Under the pieces are notes generated by a model, which saw nothing but the letters and a program-made list of their open reading frames with translations, did no database searches and was not told the origin of the DNA. A stretch of DNA of 61,991 bases, the filler included, from Gemmatimonadota bacterium (lineage in GTDB: Bacteria; 4572-55; J002), in the NCBI GenBank assembly GCA_003697105.1. It is 6 parts of 6 records of this genome, joined end to end, with 100 filler letters (N's around TTAATTAATTAA, not from the genome) between each part and the next. Parts side by side here need not be neighbours in the genome. Positions count along the whole stretch, not along the records: positions 1 to 11,542 come from RFFQ01000100.1; positions 11,643 to 33,543 come from RFFQ01000101.1; 4 more parts are not named here. One strand, written 5' to 3'. Shown in pieces: positions 9,719 through 20,267 of this stretch. The first letter of the stretch is position 1. Each line of letters starts with the position of its first letter. A program made the translations under genes and the position numbers.

Positions 9719-9767
9719 AGACTTGGCAAGTCTTCAGGTGCGACGCACTTTGAAAGTGTGTCGCACC
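9719..9767. repeat. Two adjacent REP-like palindromes
   Basis: AGACTTGGCAAGTCT and GGTGCGACGCACTTTGAAAGTGTGTCGCACC. Confidence 0.45.
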
Positions 9768-9809
9768 GGATTCAGCCGAATGGCTCAGGGGTTCGTTCGC
9801 AAAAAGCGG

Positions 9810-10655
9810 TCACACCCGAATCAGGGCATTATCAATCAGGCGGGTTTTGCCAACAAACACAGCAAGAGCAATCAGAACTTCGCCTTCGATCTGCGCCACA
9901 TCGTGCAGAGTTTTCGTTTCCACAATGGACACATAATCGATAGTTGTGGTTGGTTTTTGCGCGATCATCGTGCGGATCATCTCAATGAGGGTCGCGGTGG
10001 ATCGCTCTCCCTGCGCGATGGCCTCCTGTGCTTTTTGCAAGGACTGCGAGAGGACCCGCGCATCTTCGCGTTCTGCTGGCGAAAGGTACACGTTGCGCGA
10101 ACTCATTGCCACCCCATCCGCTTCCCGTACAATTTCCCCGATAATAATCTCAACATCCATATTCAGGTCGGCGGTCATCCGTTTGATAATGAGCGCCTGT
10201 TGGGCATCTTTTTGCCCAAAGACGGCCACATGTGGTTTAACACAGTGGAACAACTTGGTCACAATCGTGGTCACACCGCGAAAATGCCTTGGGCGGGATG
10301 TGCCGCAAAGGTTTTCGGTTAGTTCCTCCACCGTGACGTAAGTGCGGTATTCGGGGGGGTACATAATGGCATCATTTGGCAAGAACAGCACGTCACACTC
10401 GACCGATTCCAACAACCGCTGGTCACGTGCCAGATCGCGGGGATAGGTGTCCAGGTCTTCATTGGCGCCAAATTGGGTCGGATTGACATAAATTGAGACA
10501 ACCAACACATCCGCCCGGGTTTTGGCAAGGCGCATCAAGCTCAGGTGCCCCTCATGCAAGTAACCCATCGTCGGGACAAAGCCGATGGTTTTACCTTGCT
10601 GTCGCCAGTGATCGGCGTAGTGTTGCATCTCTGAAATCGTTTCAATAATCGTCAT
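9810..10655 (-). CDS. panC: Pantoate--beta-alanine ligase
   Basis: FVPTMGYLHEGH, RPRHFRGV, FGQKDAQQ, AMSSRN, RLIDN. Confidence 0.97.
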   Translation of the reverse strand: MTIIETISEMQHYADHWRQQGKTIGFVPTMGYLHEGHLSLMRLAKTRADVLVVSIYVNPTQFGANEDLDTYPRDLARDQRLLESVECDVLFLPNDAIMYPPEYRTYVTVEELTENLCGTSRPRHFRGVTTIVTKLFHCVKPHVAVFGQKDAQQALIIKRMTADLNMDVEIIIGEIVREADGVAMSSRNVYLSPAEREDARVLSQSLQKAQEAIAQGERSTATLIEMIRTMIAQKPTTTIDYVSIVETKTLHDVAQIEGEVLIALAVFVGKTRLIDNALIRV

Positions 10656-11542
10656 GGGGACTCTTCCGCTACGGGAGTTTTGGGGAGTTCAACAATGAAC
10701 GTAGCGCCCTTATCTTTTCCGTCACTAACGGCGTACACGGTGCCGAACATCGCATCAACCAGTTTTTTGACAATCGCCAGACCTAAACCGGTCGAATGCT
10801 CCCCGCCGGTAGGGCGGGCGCTCAACCGCGAAAATTTATGAAAAAGTTTTTCCAAATCGGTTTCCGATAAGCCTTGACCTTCATCTTGCACCTCAAGGCG
10901 GACGGTCTTCTCTCCATCAATCAGGCGAATATAGATGTTGCGTTGAATGGGAGAATATTTGATGGCATTGGAAACCAGATTGTCCAAAATTTGGGTGGTC
11001 GCACTGGGGTCCGCGTAAACCATCACTTTTTGATCCGGTAATGTCGCTTGTAGATGGAGTTGCTTGGCACTTGCCATCTGCTGGTAATTGTCCAGCAGAG
11101 CCTCCAAGCGGTAACAGAGGTCAAATTGCTGAAAATAAAGGTTTAGCTCGCCGGATTCAATCGCGTTGACATCCAAAATATTGATCACAATATTCAGCAT
11201 ATCCACAATCATATTGCGCAACCATTTCAAACTTTGCAGCGCCTCATTTTTGGTAATATCGACGCCAAACTCAATCCAGGTCTCGATCATCAGCAAGATA
11301 GAAGTGAGTGGATTTTTGAGGTCATGGGTTGCCATACTCAAAAACTCGTTTTTTTCCCGATTCAATTCTTGCAAATGACGGTTGAGGCGTGTTAATTCCT
11401 CATTTTTAGCGCGATAGGTTTCGAGTTCTTGCTCTTTTTTCTTGAAATCATATTGAGATTGGGCATCAGCAATTTTTTGCCCCATTTCCAAACCCAAAAT
11501 ATCATCTTTGACTTCCGTAAATCGCTTTAAGTACTCATACGC
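10652..11542 (-). CDS. Sensor histidine kinase, probably TPR-containing (5' truncated by linker)
   Basis: HDLKNPL H-box, NLVSNAIKYS, DEGQG, STGLGL; frame stays open to the linker (AYEYLKRFTEVKDDILG...). Confidence 0.9.
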   Translation of the reverse strand, partial: AYEYLKRFTEVKDDILGLEMGQKIADAQSQYDFKKKEQELETYRAKNEELTRLNRHLQELNREKNEFLSMATHDLKNPLTSILLMIETWIEFGVDITKNEALQSLKWLRNMIVDMLNIVINILDVNAIESGELNLYFQQFDLCYRLEALLDNYQQMASAKQLHLQATLPDQKVMVYADPSATTQILDNLVSNAIKYSPIQRNIYIRLIDGEKTVRLEVQDEGQGLSETDLEKLFHKFSRLSARPTGGEHSTGLGLAIVKKLVDAMFGTVYAVSDGKDKGATFIVELPKTPVAEESP

Positions 11543-11642
11543 NNNNNNNNNNNNNNNNNNNNNNNNNNNNNNNNNNNNNNNNNNNNTTAATTAATTAANN
11601 NNNNNNNNNNNNNNNNNNNNNNNNNNNNNNNNNNNNNNNNNN
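11543..11642. other. Artificial contig linker
   Basis: 44 N + TTAATTAATTAA (stops in all six frames) + 44 N. Confidence 0.97.
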
Positions 11643-11643
11643 G

Positions 11644-13035
11644 ATCAGTTGGAAATTAAAGAAGCATTTCAATACGCAATTACCAGAAGACCTGCCGGAA
11701 GAAGAACGCTGGTTGGAACTCATTCCTCAAGACCGGCGAGGCGCCCTGCAACTGGGCTTTTTTGAACTAAACGATCTTCCCGCTAGTGAGATATACAACT
11801 TGATGGATGCCACCTGGTTTGTGGATCGAACGGGTGTGATTGAGGTCACCAATACTCCTCAGACCGTGGTGTTTACCCTCAACCGGTTCGGACTCCAACT
11901 AACCAAAACCCTGACCTTTTATCCGGGGCAATATTCGTTTGATTTGGGGGTTGATCTTCAAGGGATTTCCTCCGACGAATGGGAATACTACGAGATTACA
12001 TGGCATCCGGGCATGAATTCCACGGAGAAAAATTATAAAGATGATACCAACTTTTTTGCGGGAATCTCCAATGTGGGAAATCGTATTAACACCAAAATGT
12101 TAAGAAAAATTCAAAAACAAGAAAAAATTGTAATTGGCGATCAACATCGTGCTCAAGATGAAGTCATCTGGTCTGGGTTGAAGACCAAATATTTCACGGC
12201 GGTGGTCATTCCAGAGGAGCCGGGGGTCGAAGTCCGGTTTGGTGGCTCCAAAATGAATGCGCATTATATCGATTTTGAATTGGTCGTTCCGGCATATGTG
12301 AGCACATTCCGCGTTTATGTGGGACCGATCGATTTTGACGGCTTAAAAGCCGAAGGACACCAACTGGAAAAATTACTGGATTTAGGTAAATATATCGGCT
12401 TTATCAGCCGTCCCATGTTGGAACTGTTCCTCTTCTTACACCAATTTATCCCCAATTATGGCATTATTATCATCCTATTTTCAATTATGATGAAGACTGT
12501 ATTTTATCCATTCAACAAAAGCAGTTACACCTCCATGCGAAAAATGCAGGAAATTCAACCGAAAATGAAGGAACTGCAAGAAAAATACAAAAATAACCCC
12601 CAACAACTTCAAAAAGAGATGATGGAGTTGTATAAGGAGCACGGAGTCAACCCCCTCAGTGGCTGTCTGCCAATGTTACCCCAAATCCCGATATTTTTCG
12701 CCTTGTTCCGGGTTTTACGGGCAACGGTGGAACTGCGAAGTGCCGGTTTTATTCCCATCTGGTTGGAAGACCTTTCGCAACCGGATCCCTTCTATGCCCT
12801 GCCAATTATGATGGGGATTACGATGTTTATCCAGCAAAAAACCTCCCCACAATCCGCGGCAGCGGCGACAAATCCACAACAAAAAATGATGATGTACATT
12901 CTGCCATTTGTCATGACATTTATGTTTTTGAATTTTCAGGCAGGATTAGTCCTTTATTGGTTTACGAATAATATCTTAACTGTTATCCAACAATATATGA
13001 TTACCCATAGCCATACCAAGAGTCAGCAAGCATGA
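11644..13035 (+). CDS. yidC: Membrane protein insertase YidC (5' truncated)
   Basis: Open from the linker (ISWKLKKHF...); NYGIIII, SMRKMQEIQP, NPLSGCLP, WLEDLSQPDP, GLVLYW. Confidence 0.95.
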   Translation: MSWKLKKHFNTQLPEDLPEEERWLELIPQDRRGALQLGFFELNDLPASEIYNLMDATWFVDRTGVIEVTNTPQTVVFTLNRFGLQLTKTLTFYPGQYSFDLGVDLQGISSDEWEYYEITWHPGMNSTEKNYKDDTNFFAGISNVGNRINTKMLRKIQKQEKIVIGDQHRAQDEVIWSGLKTKYFTAVVIPEEPGVEVRFGGSKMNAHYIDFELVVPAYVSTFRVYVGPIDFDGLKAEGHQLEKLLDLGKYIGFISRPMLELFLFLHQFIPNYGIIIILFSIMMKTVFYPFNKSSYTSMRKMQEIQPKMKELQEKYKNNPQQLQKEMMELYKEHGVNPLSGCLPMLPQIPIFFALFRVLRATVELRSAGFIPIWLEDLSQPDPFYALPIMMGITMFIQQKTSPQSAAAATNPQQKMMMYILPFVMTFMFLNFQAGLVLYWFTNNILTVIQQYMITHSHTKSQQA

Positions 13036-13054
13036 GTGTGATAAAGAGAAGGAG

Positions 13055-13852
13055 ATGAGCATGGCGTTAATTGCAGAAGGAAAGACCATTGAAGATGCGT
13101 TAATATCCGCAATGAAACAATTAGGTGTAACCGATAAAACCGAAATCGAGTATGAAATTAAACAAGACAAAAAGGGAGGGTTTTTAGGACTTTTCGGCAA
13201 ACCTGCCGTGATTCGAGCTTGGGTCAAATCCAGTGAAACAAGCCAGTACAATACACGTCCCGAACCGGTGACAAGTTTAGAAGGTCGTGCCTCTCGCGAA
13301 CCCCAACTCAGTGCGGAAGAAACCTACCTTGTTGAACGGGCACACCACCATTTACAGACCATTTTGGAACACATGGGCTTCAACCCCACCATCACCCATC
13401 ACCGCCGAAATGGGGTTTTCTTTTTTAATATTGATGTGGAAGAAGCTGATAAAAGTGGTATTCTTATTGGTAAAAAGGGTCAAACACTGGGGGCATTGCA
13501 ACACATCATCAACCGGCTGATCGGCTTAGAAGAACATAGTGAGACCATAAAGATTGTTCTGGATGTTTCGGGATACCGTTACAAACGAGATAATTTTTTG
13601 CGAGCCAAAGCCCAATCTTTGGCGGCGACGGTCAAAGCCAAAGGAGAAGAAGTGATGCTATCACCGTTACACTCCTCAGACCGGCGGGTAGTACACGCCA
13701 CGCTCAGCGAAGACCCCAATGTCCGTACCTATACCGTTGGAGAAGGCTTATACCGGAACATTGTCATCGCTCCCAATAAACAGAAACGCAATGGTGTAAA
13801 AGCCGCTTCCAAACCGCCGAAACCCAAACGTCACTATGAAGATATGAGTTGA
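13055..13852 (+). CDS. jag: RNA-binding protein Jag/EloR/KhpB
   Basis: Jag_N (KGGFLGLFGK), KH (LIGKKGQTL), R3H (DRRVVH); follows yidC. Confidence 0.92.
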   Translation: MSMALIAEGKTIEDALISAMKQLGVTDKTEIEYEIKQDKKGGFLGLFGKPAVIRAWVKSSETSQYNTRPEPVTSLEGRASREPQLSAEETYLVERAHHHLQTILEHMGFNPTITHHRRNGVFFFNIDVEEADKSGILIGKKGQTLGALQHIINRLIGLEEHSETIKIVLDVSGYRYKRDNFLRAKAQSLAATVKAKGEEVMLSPLHSSDRRVVHATLSEDPNVRTYTVGEGLYRNIVIAPNKQKRNGVKAASKPPKPKRHYEDMS

Positions 13853-13866
13853 TCGAGGATTATCGA

Positions 13867-14580
13867 ATGGGGACTCCGGTCGTCACCGCCGTCATCCCCG
13901 CCGGGGGAAGAGGTTCGCGGGTAAAATTGCCCGTTGAAAAACAGTTTGCCACCCTCCATGGTAAACCGTTGCTCTCCTACTCCTTAATGACCCTACAACA
14001 ATGTGATGAAATTCAACATGTGGTGGTGGTTGTTCCGGCAGACCGGCTCGATTATACCCAAACTGAAATTATTCAACCTTATCAACTTGATAAGGTGCGG
14101 TGCGTTGTTTCCGGAGGGAAAACCCGTCAGGCATCCATCTGGAATGGCATACAAGCCGTCCCTCCGGAAACAACAATAATTACGGTCCATGACGCCGCCC
14201 GACCATTTGCCTCAGCACACCTTTTTACGGTATCCGTCCAAACCTGTTTAACAGAAGCCGCCGTGATTGTGGCACTCAAAGCAAAAGATACGATCAAACT
14301 AGACCAACACGGGTATGTGGGGAAAACCCTTGACCGCAACTTGGTTTGGCTGGCACAAACCCCCCAAACGTTTTCTGCCGGCTTGCTCCGCGAAGCCTAC
14401 CAGCGTGCCTTGAAAGAGGGCTTCACCGGCACCGATGATGCCTCGTTAATTGAGCGGCTCTCGCACCCGATTCGTGTGATCCCCGGCGAAGAAACCAACC
14501 GGAAAATCACCACACCGGCAGATTATCAGTGGGCAGAATTTTATCTTTCCTCCCAAAAACATCTTGATTCTCATCGCTAA
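13867..14580 (+). CDS. ispD: 2-C-methyl-D-erythritol 4-phosphate cytidylyltransferase
   Basis: PAGGRGSR, KQF, VHDAARP, AQTPQ, TDD, KIT; GAGGA RBS precedes ATG 13867. Confidence 0.95.
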   Translation: MGTPVVTAVIPAGGRGSRVKLPVEKQFATLHGKPLLSYSLMTLQQCDEIQHVVVVVPADRLDYTQTEIIQPYQLDKVRCVVSGGKTRQASIWNGIQAVPPETTIITVHDAARPFASAHLFTVSVQTCLTEAAVIVALKAKDTIKLDQHGYVGKTLDRNLVWLAQTPQTFSAGLLREAYQRALKEGFTGTDDASLIERLSHPIRVIPGEETNRKITTPADYQWAEFYLSSQKHLDSHR

Positions 14581-14598
14581 ATCCGCTATGCTTATCCT

Positions 14599-15090
14599 AT
14601 GATACGAATTGGTTTTGGATACGACGTACATGCCTTTGCCTCCGAACGGCCCTTAATTTTAGGGGGGTGCACAATACCCCATTCCCACGGGTTACAGGGG
14701 CATTCGGATGCCGACGTCCTACTGCACGCCATCTGCGATGCCTTGTTTGGCGCCCTGGCATTGGGTGATATTGGCACACACTTCCCCGATACAGACCCTC
14801 AATATAAAGGGATTGATAGCGGGTTATTGCTACAAAAATGCTATCGCATCGTGAGGGAACATGGCTACCAATTGGGTAACGTCGATGTAACCGTCGCAGC
14901 ACAAACTCCGAAACTTGCCCCCTATATTCCCCATATCCGGGAAAATGTGGCACGCCTGATGGAAGTGTCCACCAGTCAGATTTCTGTAAAAGCCACCACA
15001 ACCGAAAAACTCGGCTTTGTCGGTGAGAAAAAAGGAATTGCAGCGTATGCTGTGGTACTCATCCAGCTCGCAAACCCTGAAAGAGAGTAA
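14599..15090 (+). CDS. ispF: 2-C-methyl-D-erythritol 2,4-cyclodiphosphate synthase
   Basis: [33 protein letters not shown]. Confidence 0.97.
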   Translation: MIRIGFGYDVHAFASERPLILGGCTIPHSHGLQGHSDADVLLHAICDALFGALALGDIGTHFPDTDPQYKGIDSGLLLQKCYRIVREHGYQLGNVDVTVAAQTPKLAPYIPHIRENVARLMEVSTSQISVKATTTEKLGFVGEKKGIAAYAVVLIQLANPERE

Positions 15091-15093
15091 ACG

Positions 15094-16350
15094 ATGGGAA
15101 ACGTCATTGCAATGATTTTAGCCGGTGGTAAAGCGGATCGCTTGAGCGTGATCTCAAAAGAACGGGCAAAAAGTGCCGTCCCCTTTGGGGGAAAATACCG
15201 GATTATTGATTTTGCGTTGAGTAATTGTGTCAATTCCAACATTTATACCGTTGGGGTGTTGACCCAGTATCTGCCCCGCTCCTTAAACAAACACATCGGG
15301 ACAGGCATCCCGTGGGATTTAAATCGACGCTGGGGTGGGGTAAAACTGTTACCCCCCTACATCCAGCGTTCCAATACAGAATGGTATTTGGGTACGGCAG
15401 ATGCCCTTGGCCAAAATATTGATTTTATGGACCACTATAACCCGGAGTTGGTGCTGGTGTTGTCCGGCGATCATGTTTATAAAATGGATTACCGCCAGTT
15501 GATTGCCTTTCACAAAGCGAAAAATGCCGATATTACCCTATCGCTCTCGCCGGTCCCGGCCGAGCAAATGGATCGGGTAGGCACTGTGGAGGTGGACACG
15601 AATGATCGCATTATCACCTTTCAGGAAAAAGTACTTCAGGCTAAATCAAACCTAGCTTCGATGGGAATTTACCTGTTTGACTATTCCTTTCTAAAAGCCC
15701 AATTACAACGCCAAAATGTATTCGATATTGTCCGCCACATCATCATTAATGGTTTGCAACAACACCGCATATTTGGGTACCGTTTTGACGGTTATTGGCG
15801 AGATATTGGTACCATTCAATGTTATTATGATGCCAATATGGAATTATTAACTGATCCGCCTGCCCTAATTTTGGATGAGCGTAACCGGGTCATCCACACC
15901 CAAAGTGAAGAGCGCCCACCGGTGAAATTTGGCGCCAATGCGGATGTCGTAAATTCTGTACTCTCCAACGGCGGCATTGTGAACGGGCGCGTAATTCGAT
16001 CCGTGTTGTCCCCCGGAGTGGTGGTCGAAGACGGGGCAATTGTTCAAGATGCCATCATCTTTAATGATACCCGTATCCGGCGTGGTGCCAAGGTGGATCG
16101 AGCCATTCTGGATAAAAACGTGGTTGTCGAAGAAGGATGCGTCGTGGGAGAAGGGGATGATTTCACCGGAAGTCAAAAACATCGGGATTTAATCTCAGGT
16201 ATTACCTTGATTGGCAAAGGAACCGTTTTGCCACCTAACTATCGACTGGGTCGAAATTGTATCCTAGATATTCACCTCAGACCAGAAGACCTGCCGGGAG
16301 ATGCCCTTCAGAGTGGGTCGTATGTGGAAAATAGACACGATCCAGATTAA
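15094..16350 (+). CDS. glgC: Glucose-1-phosphate adenylyltransferase
   Basis: [49 protein letters not shown]. Confidence 0.92.
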   Translation: MGNVIAMILAGGKADRLSVISKERAKSAVPFGGKYRIIDFALSNCVNSNIYTVGVLTQYLPRSLNKHIGTGIPWDLNRRWGGVKLLPPYIQRSNTEWYLGTADALGQNIDFMDHYNPELVLVLSGDHVYKMDYRQLIAFHKAKNADITLSLSPVPAEQMDRVGTVEVDTNDRIITFQEKVLQAKSNLASMGIYLFDYSFLKAQLQRQNVFDIVRHIIINGLQQHRIFGYRFDGYWRDIGTIQCYYDANMELLTDPPALILDERNRVIHTQSEERPPVKFGANADVVNSVLSNGGIVNGRVIRSVLSPGVVVEDGAIVQDAIIFNDTRIRRGAKVDRAILDKNVVVEEGCVVGEGDDFTGSQKHRDLISGITLIGKGTVLPPNYRLGRNCILDIHLRPEDLPGDALQSGSYVENRHDPD

Positions 16351-16392
16351 ACACAAATATCGGCTAACCCCCTGTTATTGTGTATCTTTTGC

Positions 16393-16421
16393 TTGACTTA
16401 TTATGGGGAATCCGTTATACT
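16393..16421 (+). promoter_or_regulatory. Sigma70-type promoter for ribF-pilBTC
   Basis: TTGACT-17 nt-TATACT. Confidence 0.7.
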
Positions 16422-16471
16422 TTCACCGGTATTTAAGTTGAGATGCTCATTTTTTAAACTTGTTAAATTGA

Positions 16472-17413
16472 ATGAAAATCATAACTGTTGATCACCGCCC
16501 CCATGACCCGCGAACACGACTCCCGGCAGAAACCGTAACAACAATTGGCATGTTCGATGGTGTTCATACTGCCCATCAAGCCATTTTAAGGAAGATGGTT
16601 ACCACAGCTCAGCAGCACCGGCGGTTAAGTGTGGTAATCACATTCTCACCACACCCACTGCGCGTCATTGCTCCCGAAAGAGCACCCCAGCTCCTTACGG
16701 TGGATGTCGAAAAATTTCGAGTGATGGAACAGTTGGGCATTGACGTGTTAGTTGTGGCAGATTTCCAACCGGAATTTGCCCAGATGCTACCGGATGATTT
16801 TATCCGCCATATGCTCCTTGATTTTATGACCACACGCCACGTGCTGGTTGGTTACGATCATGGATTTGGCAAAAACCGCAGTGGCGATACCAATCTCCTG
16901 AAAGCCATTGGCAGAATGAACGGCTTTACCGTAGAAATTGTAGAGCCGATTATCCAAGCCGATGGAATGCGCGTTGGGAGCACACCGTTACGCCAAGCCG
17001 TATTGGCTGGCGAATGGGAAACTGTCCAAAATATGCTGGGACGGCGTTATGAGCTTACCGGCACCGTCGTTCATGGCGATCACCGCGGGCATGATTTAGG
17101 ATTCCCCACCGCGAATTTAGACCTGCCCCCGGAAAAACTGCTTCCTCCAGATGGCGTTTACGCCGTCTATGTGGAGCTTGAAGGATGTCGCCACAAAGGG
17201 GTGATGAATGTCGGGACGCGCCCTACTTTTGAAGAAACGAAACGGCAGGTTGAAGTTCATCTGCTTGATAACCATCAGATGTTATACGGCAAAACCCTTC
17301 GGGTGGAAATAGAGGCATTTCTCCGCCCGGAACAGCGATTTGCTTCAACAGAGAATCTCCAATATCAAATCAAGAATGATATTGCACGAACCCGAGAAAT
17401 TTTAACCGAATAA
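16472..17413 (+). CDS. ribF: Bifunctional riboflavin kinase / FAD synthetase
   Basis: GMFDGVH, LGFPTAN, GVY, NVGTRPTF, EVH. Confidence 0.95.
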   Translation: MKIITVDHRPHDPRTRLPAETVTTIGMFDGVHTAHQAILRKMVTTAQQHRRLSVVITFSPHPLRVIAPERAPQLLTVDVEKFRVMEQLGIDVLVVADFQPEFAQMLPDDFIRHMLLDFMTTRHVLVGYDHGFGKNRSGDTNLLKAIGRMNGFTVEIVEPIIQADGMRVGSTPLRQAVLAGEWETVQNMLGRRYELTGTVVHGDHRGHDLGFPTANLDLPPEKLLPPDGVYAVYVELEGCRHKGVMNVGTRPTFEETKRQVEVHLLDNHQMLYGKTLRVEIEAFLRPEQRFASTENLQYQIKNDIARTREILTE

Positions 17414-17435
17414 CCGCTCTGGAAGGTGAATACTT

Positions 17436-19127
17436 ATGGCAATGTTAGGCGAAATGCTGGTCGCGGCAGGCGAGATCAGTAAAGATCAATTAAATGAAGC
17501 CCTTGAAGAGTCCAAAAAAAGTAGTGAGCGCTTAGGGTACCATCTGGTCAAAAAAGGCTTTATCGATGAAAATAAGCTATTGCCCTATTTAAGCAAGCAA
17601 TACTCTATCCCCGCTATCGATCTTGATGATTATGAAATTCCAGAGGACGTGATTAAATTAATCCCTGCCGATCTCGCCGTGAAATATCAAGTCGTACCCA
17701 TTAACAAGATGGGACGATCCCTGACAGTAGCTATCGCCGACCCCGGCGATGTTTTTGCCGTGGACGATTTGCGATTTCGAACCGGCTATGACATCGATTT
17801 GGTTGTGAGTCCTGAATCAGCCATTCGGAAAACCATCGATAAGTATTATGAAAAAGCGGATTCACGTTATCATCAAATTCAAAAAGAAATTCTAGAATCC
17901 GAAGACCTTTCCGTCGAGCATATTGACGAGTCTATGGCATCTGGCACCGACGTCACCGATGACGCGGATGCCGCCCCCGTGATTAAACTGGTGAATTCCA
18001 TGTTAGCGGATGCCGTGGTCAAAAAAGCCAGTGACATCCATGTGGAATGCTTTGAAAAGTTTATGCGAGTGCGTTTCCGAGTTGATGGTGTCCTGAGCGA
18101 ACAGCCGGCGCCCCCCAAGCAAATGCAAAATGCCGTGATTTCCCGTCTTAAGATTATGGCAGAATTGGATATTTCGGAACGCCGTGTCCCGCAAGATGGA
18201 CGAATTCGTATCCGGATGAAAAATAAAACCGTCGATTTCCGCGTATCCACCATGCCAACCGTCTTCGGGGAAAAAGTCTGCTTACGGATTTTGGATCAGA
18301 GTAACTTGATGCTCGATATGACCAAATTGGGGTTTGAACAACTCGCCTTGGAACGGCTACAAAATGCCCTATCCAAATCCCAAGGAATGGTGCTTGTGAC
18401 CGGACCCACCGGAAGCGGTAAAACCGTGACCCTCTATTCCGCGATGAGCGGCCTCAATGATGTGAGTGTCAATATCAGTACCGCCGAAGACCCGGTTGAG
18501 TTTAATCTGGTTGGAATTAATCAGGTCTATTGCCGGCCCGAAATCGGGATGACCTTCGCTGCCGCATTGAAAGCGTTCTTGCGCCAAGACCCAGACATCA
18601 TCCTGATCGGCGAAATCCGGGATTTAGAGACCGGGTCTATCGCCATTAAAGCCGCTATGACCGGTCACTTAGTGCTGAGTACCCTGCACACCAACAGTAC
18701 TGCCGCCACCATCAACCGAATGCTCGATATGGGACTTGAACCCTTTAATATTGCCACCGCGGTGATTTTAATTCAGGCACAGCGCCTCGCCAAACGAATC
18801 CATGCGGACTGTAAAGTGCCGGAAGAAATACCCGATAAAGCCTTTAAGCAACTCGGTATTGATCCTGCAAAAATGCGGGGAAAAACATTTTATACCGGTA
18901 AAGGCTGTGATGTGTGTGGTGGAACCGGATTAAAGGGCCGGATGGGGATATTTGAAGTCATGCCAATCTCACCCGCCATTGAACGAATGATTCTGGAAGG
19001 TGCATTAACCCCGGACTTGGAAGCTCAAGCGATCAAAGAAGGAATGCACACGTTACGGATGGATGCCCTCGTTAAATTTGCCAAAGGATTCCTATCCATT
19101 AAAGAAGTTATCCGGGTCGCCGGTTAA
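17436..19127 (+). CDS. pilB: Type IV pilus assembly ATPase
   Basis: MshEN-like N-terminus, ASDIH, PQDGR, GPTGSGKT, EDPVE, LRQDPD, GEIRD, Zn-binding Cys motif. Confidence 0.95.
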   Translation: MAMLGEMLVAAGEISKDQLNEALEESKKSSERLGYHLVKKGFIDENKLLPYLSKQYSIPAIDLDDYEIPEDVIKLIPADLAVKYQVVPINKMGRSLTVAIADPGDVFAVDDLRFRTGYDIDLVVSPESAIRKTIDKYYEKADSRYHQIQKEILESEDLSVEHIDESMASGTDVTDDADAAPVIKLVNSMLADAVVKKASDIHVECFEKFMRVRFRVDGVLSEQPAPPKQMQNAVISRLKIMAELDISERRVPQDGRIRIRMKNKTVDFRVSTMPTVFGEKVCLRILDQSNLMLDMTKLGFEQLALERLQNALSKSQGMVLVTGPTGSGKTVTLYSAMSGLNDVSVNISTAEDPVEFNLVGINQVYCRPEIGMTFAAALKAFLRQDPDIILIGEIRDLETGSIAIKAAMTGHLVLSTLHTNSTAATINRMLDMGLEPFNIATAVILIQAQRLAKRIHADCKVPEEIPDKAFKQLGIDPAKMRGKTFYTGKGCDVCGGTGLKGRMGIFEVMPISPAIERMILEGALTPDLEAQAIKEGMHTLRMDALVKFAKGFLSIKEVIRVAG

Positions 19128-19142
19128 TAAGGAGTACCGGAA

Positions 19143-20231
19143 ATGATTAATTTACGCCAATTACTGGAAGAAATGATCCAACGGGGCGCCTCGGATTTGC
19201 ATTTAACGGTCGGTGTTCCTCCCAAAATTCGGGTTGATGGGAAATTGGAAAGCCTTAAATATGAACCCTTAACCCGTGAAGATACCCAACAAGCAGCTTA
19301 CAGCGCCCTCACTGATGAACAGAAAAAACGCTTTGAAATTGATAATGAGTTGGATTTTTCGTTTGGTGTGACGGGATTAAGCCGGTTTCGGGGAAATCTG
19401 TACTTGCAAAAAGGCAGTGTGGGCATCGCGATTCGCCGTATTCCCTATGAAATTTTAACCTTCAAACAATTGGGTCTGCCTCAGGTGGTGGAAGAACTCG
19501 CCAACCGTGCCCGAGGATTGGTCTTAGTCACCGGACCGACCGGTAGTGGAAAATCAACTACTTTAGCCGCCATGATTGACAAAATCAACCGGGAACGTTC
19601 GGAACACATCATCACCATTGAAGACCCCATTGAGTTCCAACACCAGCATAAAAAGTGTATTGTCAACCAACGAGAGGTGGGTAGTGATACCCAATCATTT
19701 CATAATGCGTTGCGGCATGTCCTCCGCCAAGACCCCGATGTCGTCTTAATCGGTGAAATGCGGGACATGGAGACCATTGAAGCCGCCTTACGCATTGCAG
19801 AAACGGGTCACTTAACATTTGCGACCTTGCACACCAATTCCTGTGCGGAAACCATTGGACGGATTATCGATGTATTTCCTTCGGGACAACAAGCACAAGT
19901 CCGGGCACAATTGGCATTTGTGCTGCAAGGGGTCGTCACCCAGACCCTTCTCCCCAAAGCCTCTGGGCGAGGGCGGGTCATGGCAATGGAAATTATGATT
20001 GGGACACCTGCCATCGCCGCAACCATCCGCGATGCGAAAGAACACCAAATTTATAGCTTGATTCAAGCCGGACGAGCCTATGGGATGCAAACCATGAATC
20101 AATCCTTACTCGAATTAGTCTTATCAAAACAGGTTAAAGTGCGGGATGCCATGGTCCGTTCCGGGGATCGAAAAGAATTGGATGACATGCTTCGCAAGAG
20201 CGAGTTGGCGATGCAACAAAAACGCCGGTAA
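19143..20231 (+). CDS. pilT: Type IV pilus retraction ATPase
   Basis: ASDLH, GPTGSGKSTT, EDPIE, LRQDPD, AETGH, GMQTM. Confidence 0.95.
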   Translation: MINLRQLLEEMIQRGASDLHLTVGVPPKIRVDGKLESLKYEPLTREDTQQAAYSALTDEQKKRFEIDNELDFSFGVTGLSRFRGNLYLQKGSVGIAIRRIPYEILTFKQLGLPQVVEELANRARGLVLVTGPTGSGKSTTLAAMIDKINRERSEHIITIEDPIEFQHQHKKCIVNQREVGSDTQSFHNALRHVLRQDPDVVLIGEMRDMETIEAALRIAETGHLTFATLHTNSCAETIGRIIDVFPSGQQAQVRAQLAFVLQGVVTQTLLPKASGRGRVMAMEIMIGTPAIAATIRDAKEHQIYSLIQAGRAYGMQTMNQSLLELVLSKQVKVRDAMVRSGDRKELDDMLRKSELAMQQKRR

Positions 20232-20267
20232 CCTTTCCGCAAATGAAACCAACAGGAGGTAATTTGC

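Noticed and set aside
9695-10341. Plus-strand ORFs overlapping panC, and similar short nested or antisense ORFs elsewhere
   Set aside because: Overlap well-supported genes and have no recognisable motifs.
11587-11598. Recurrent TTAATTAATTAA palindrome
   Set aside because: Always embedded in identical N-runs; a synthetic six-frame stop linker.
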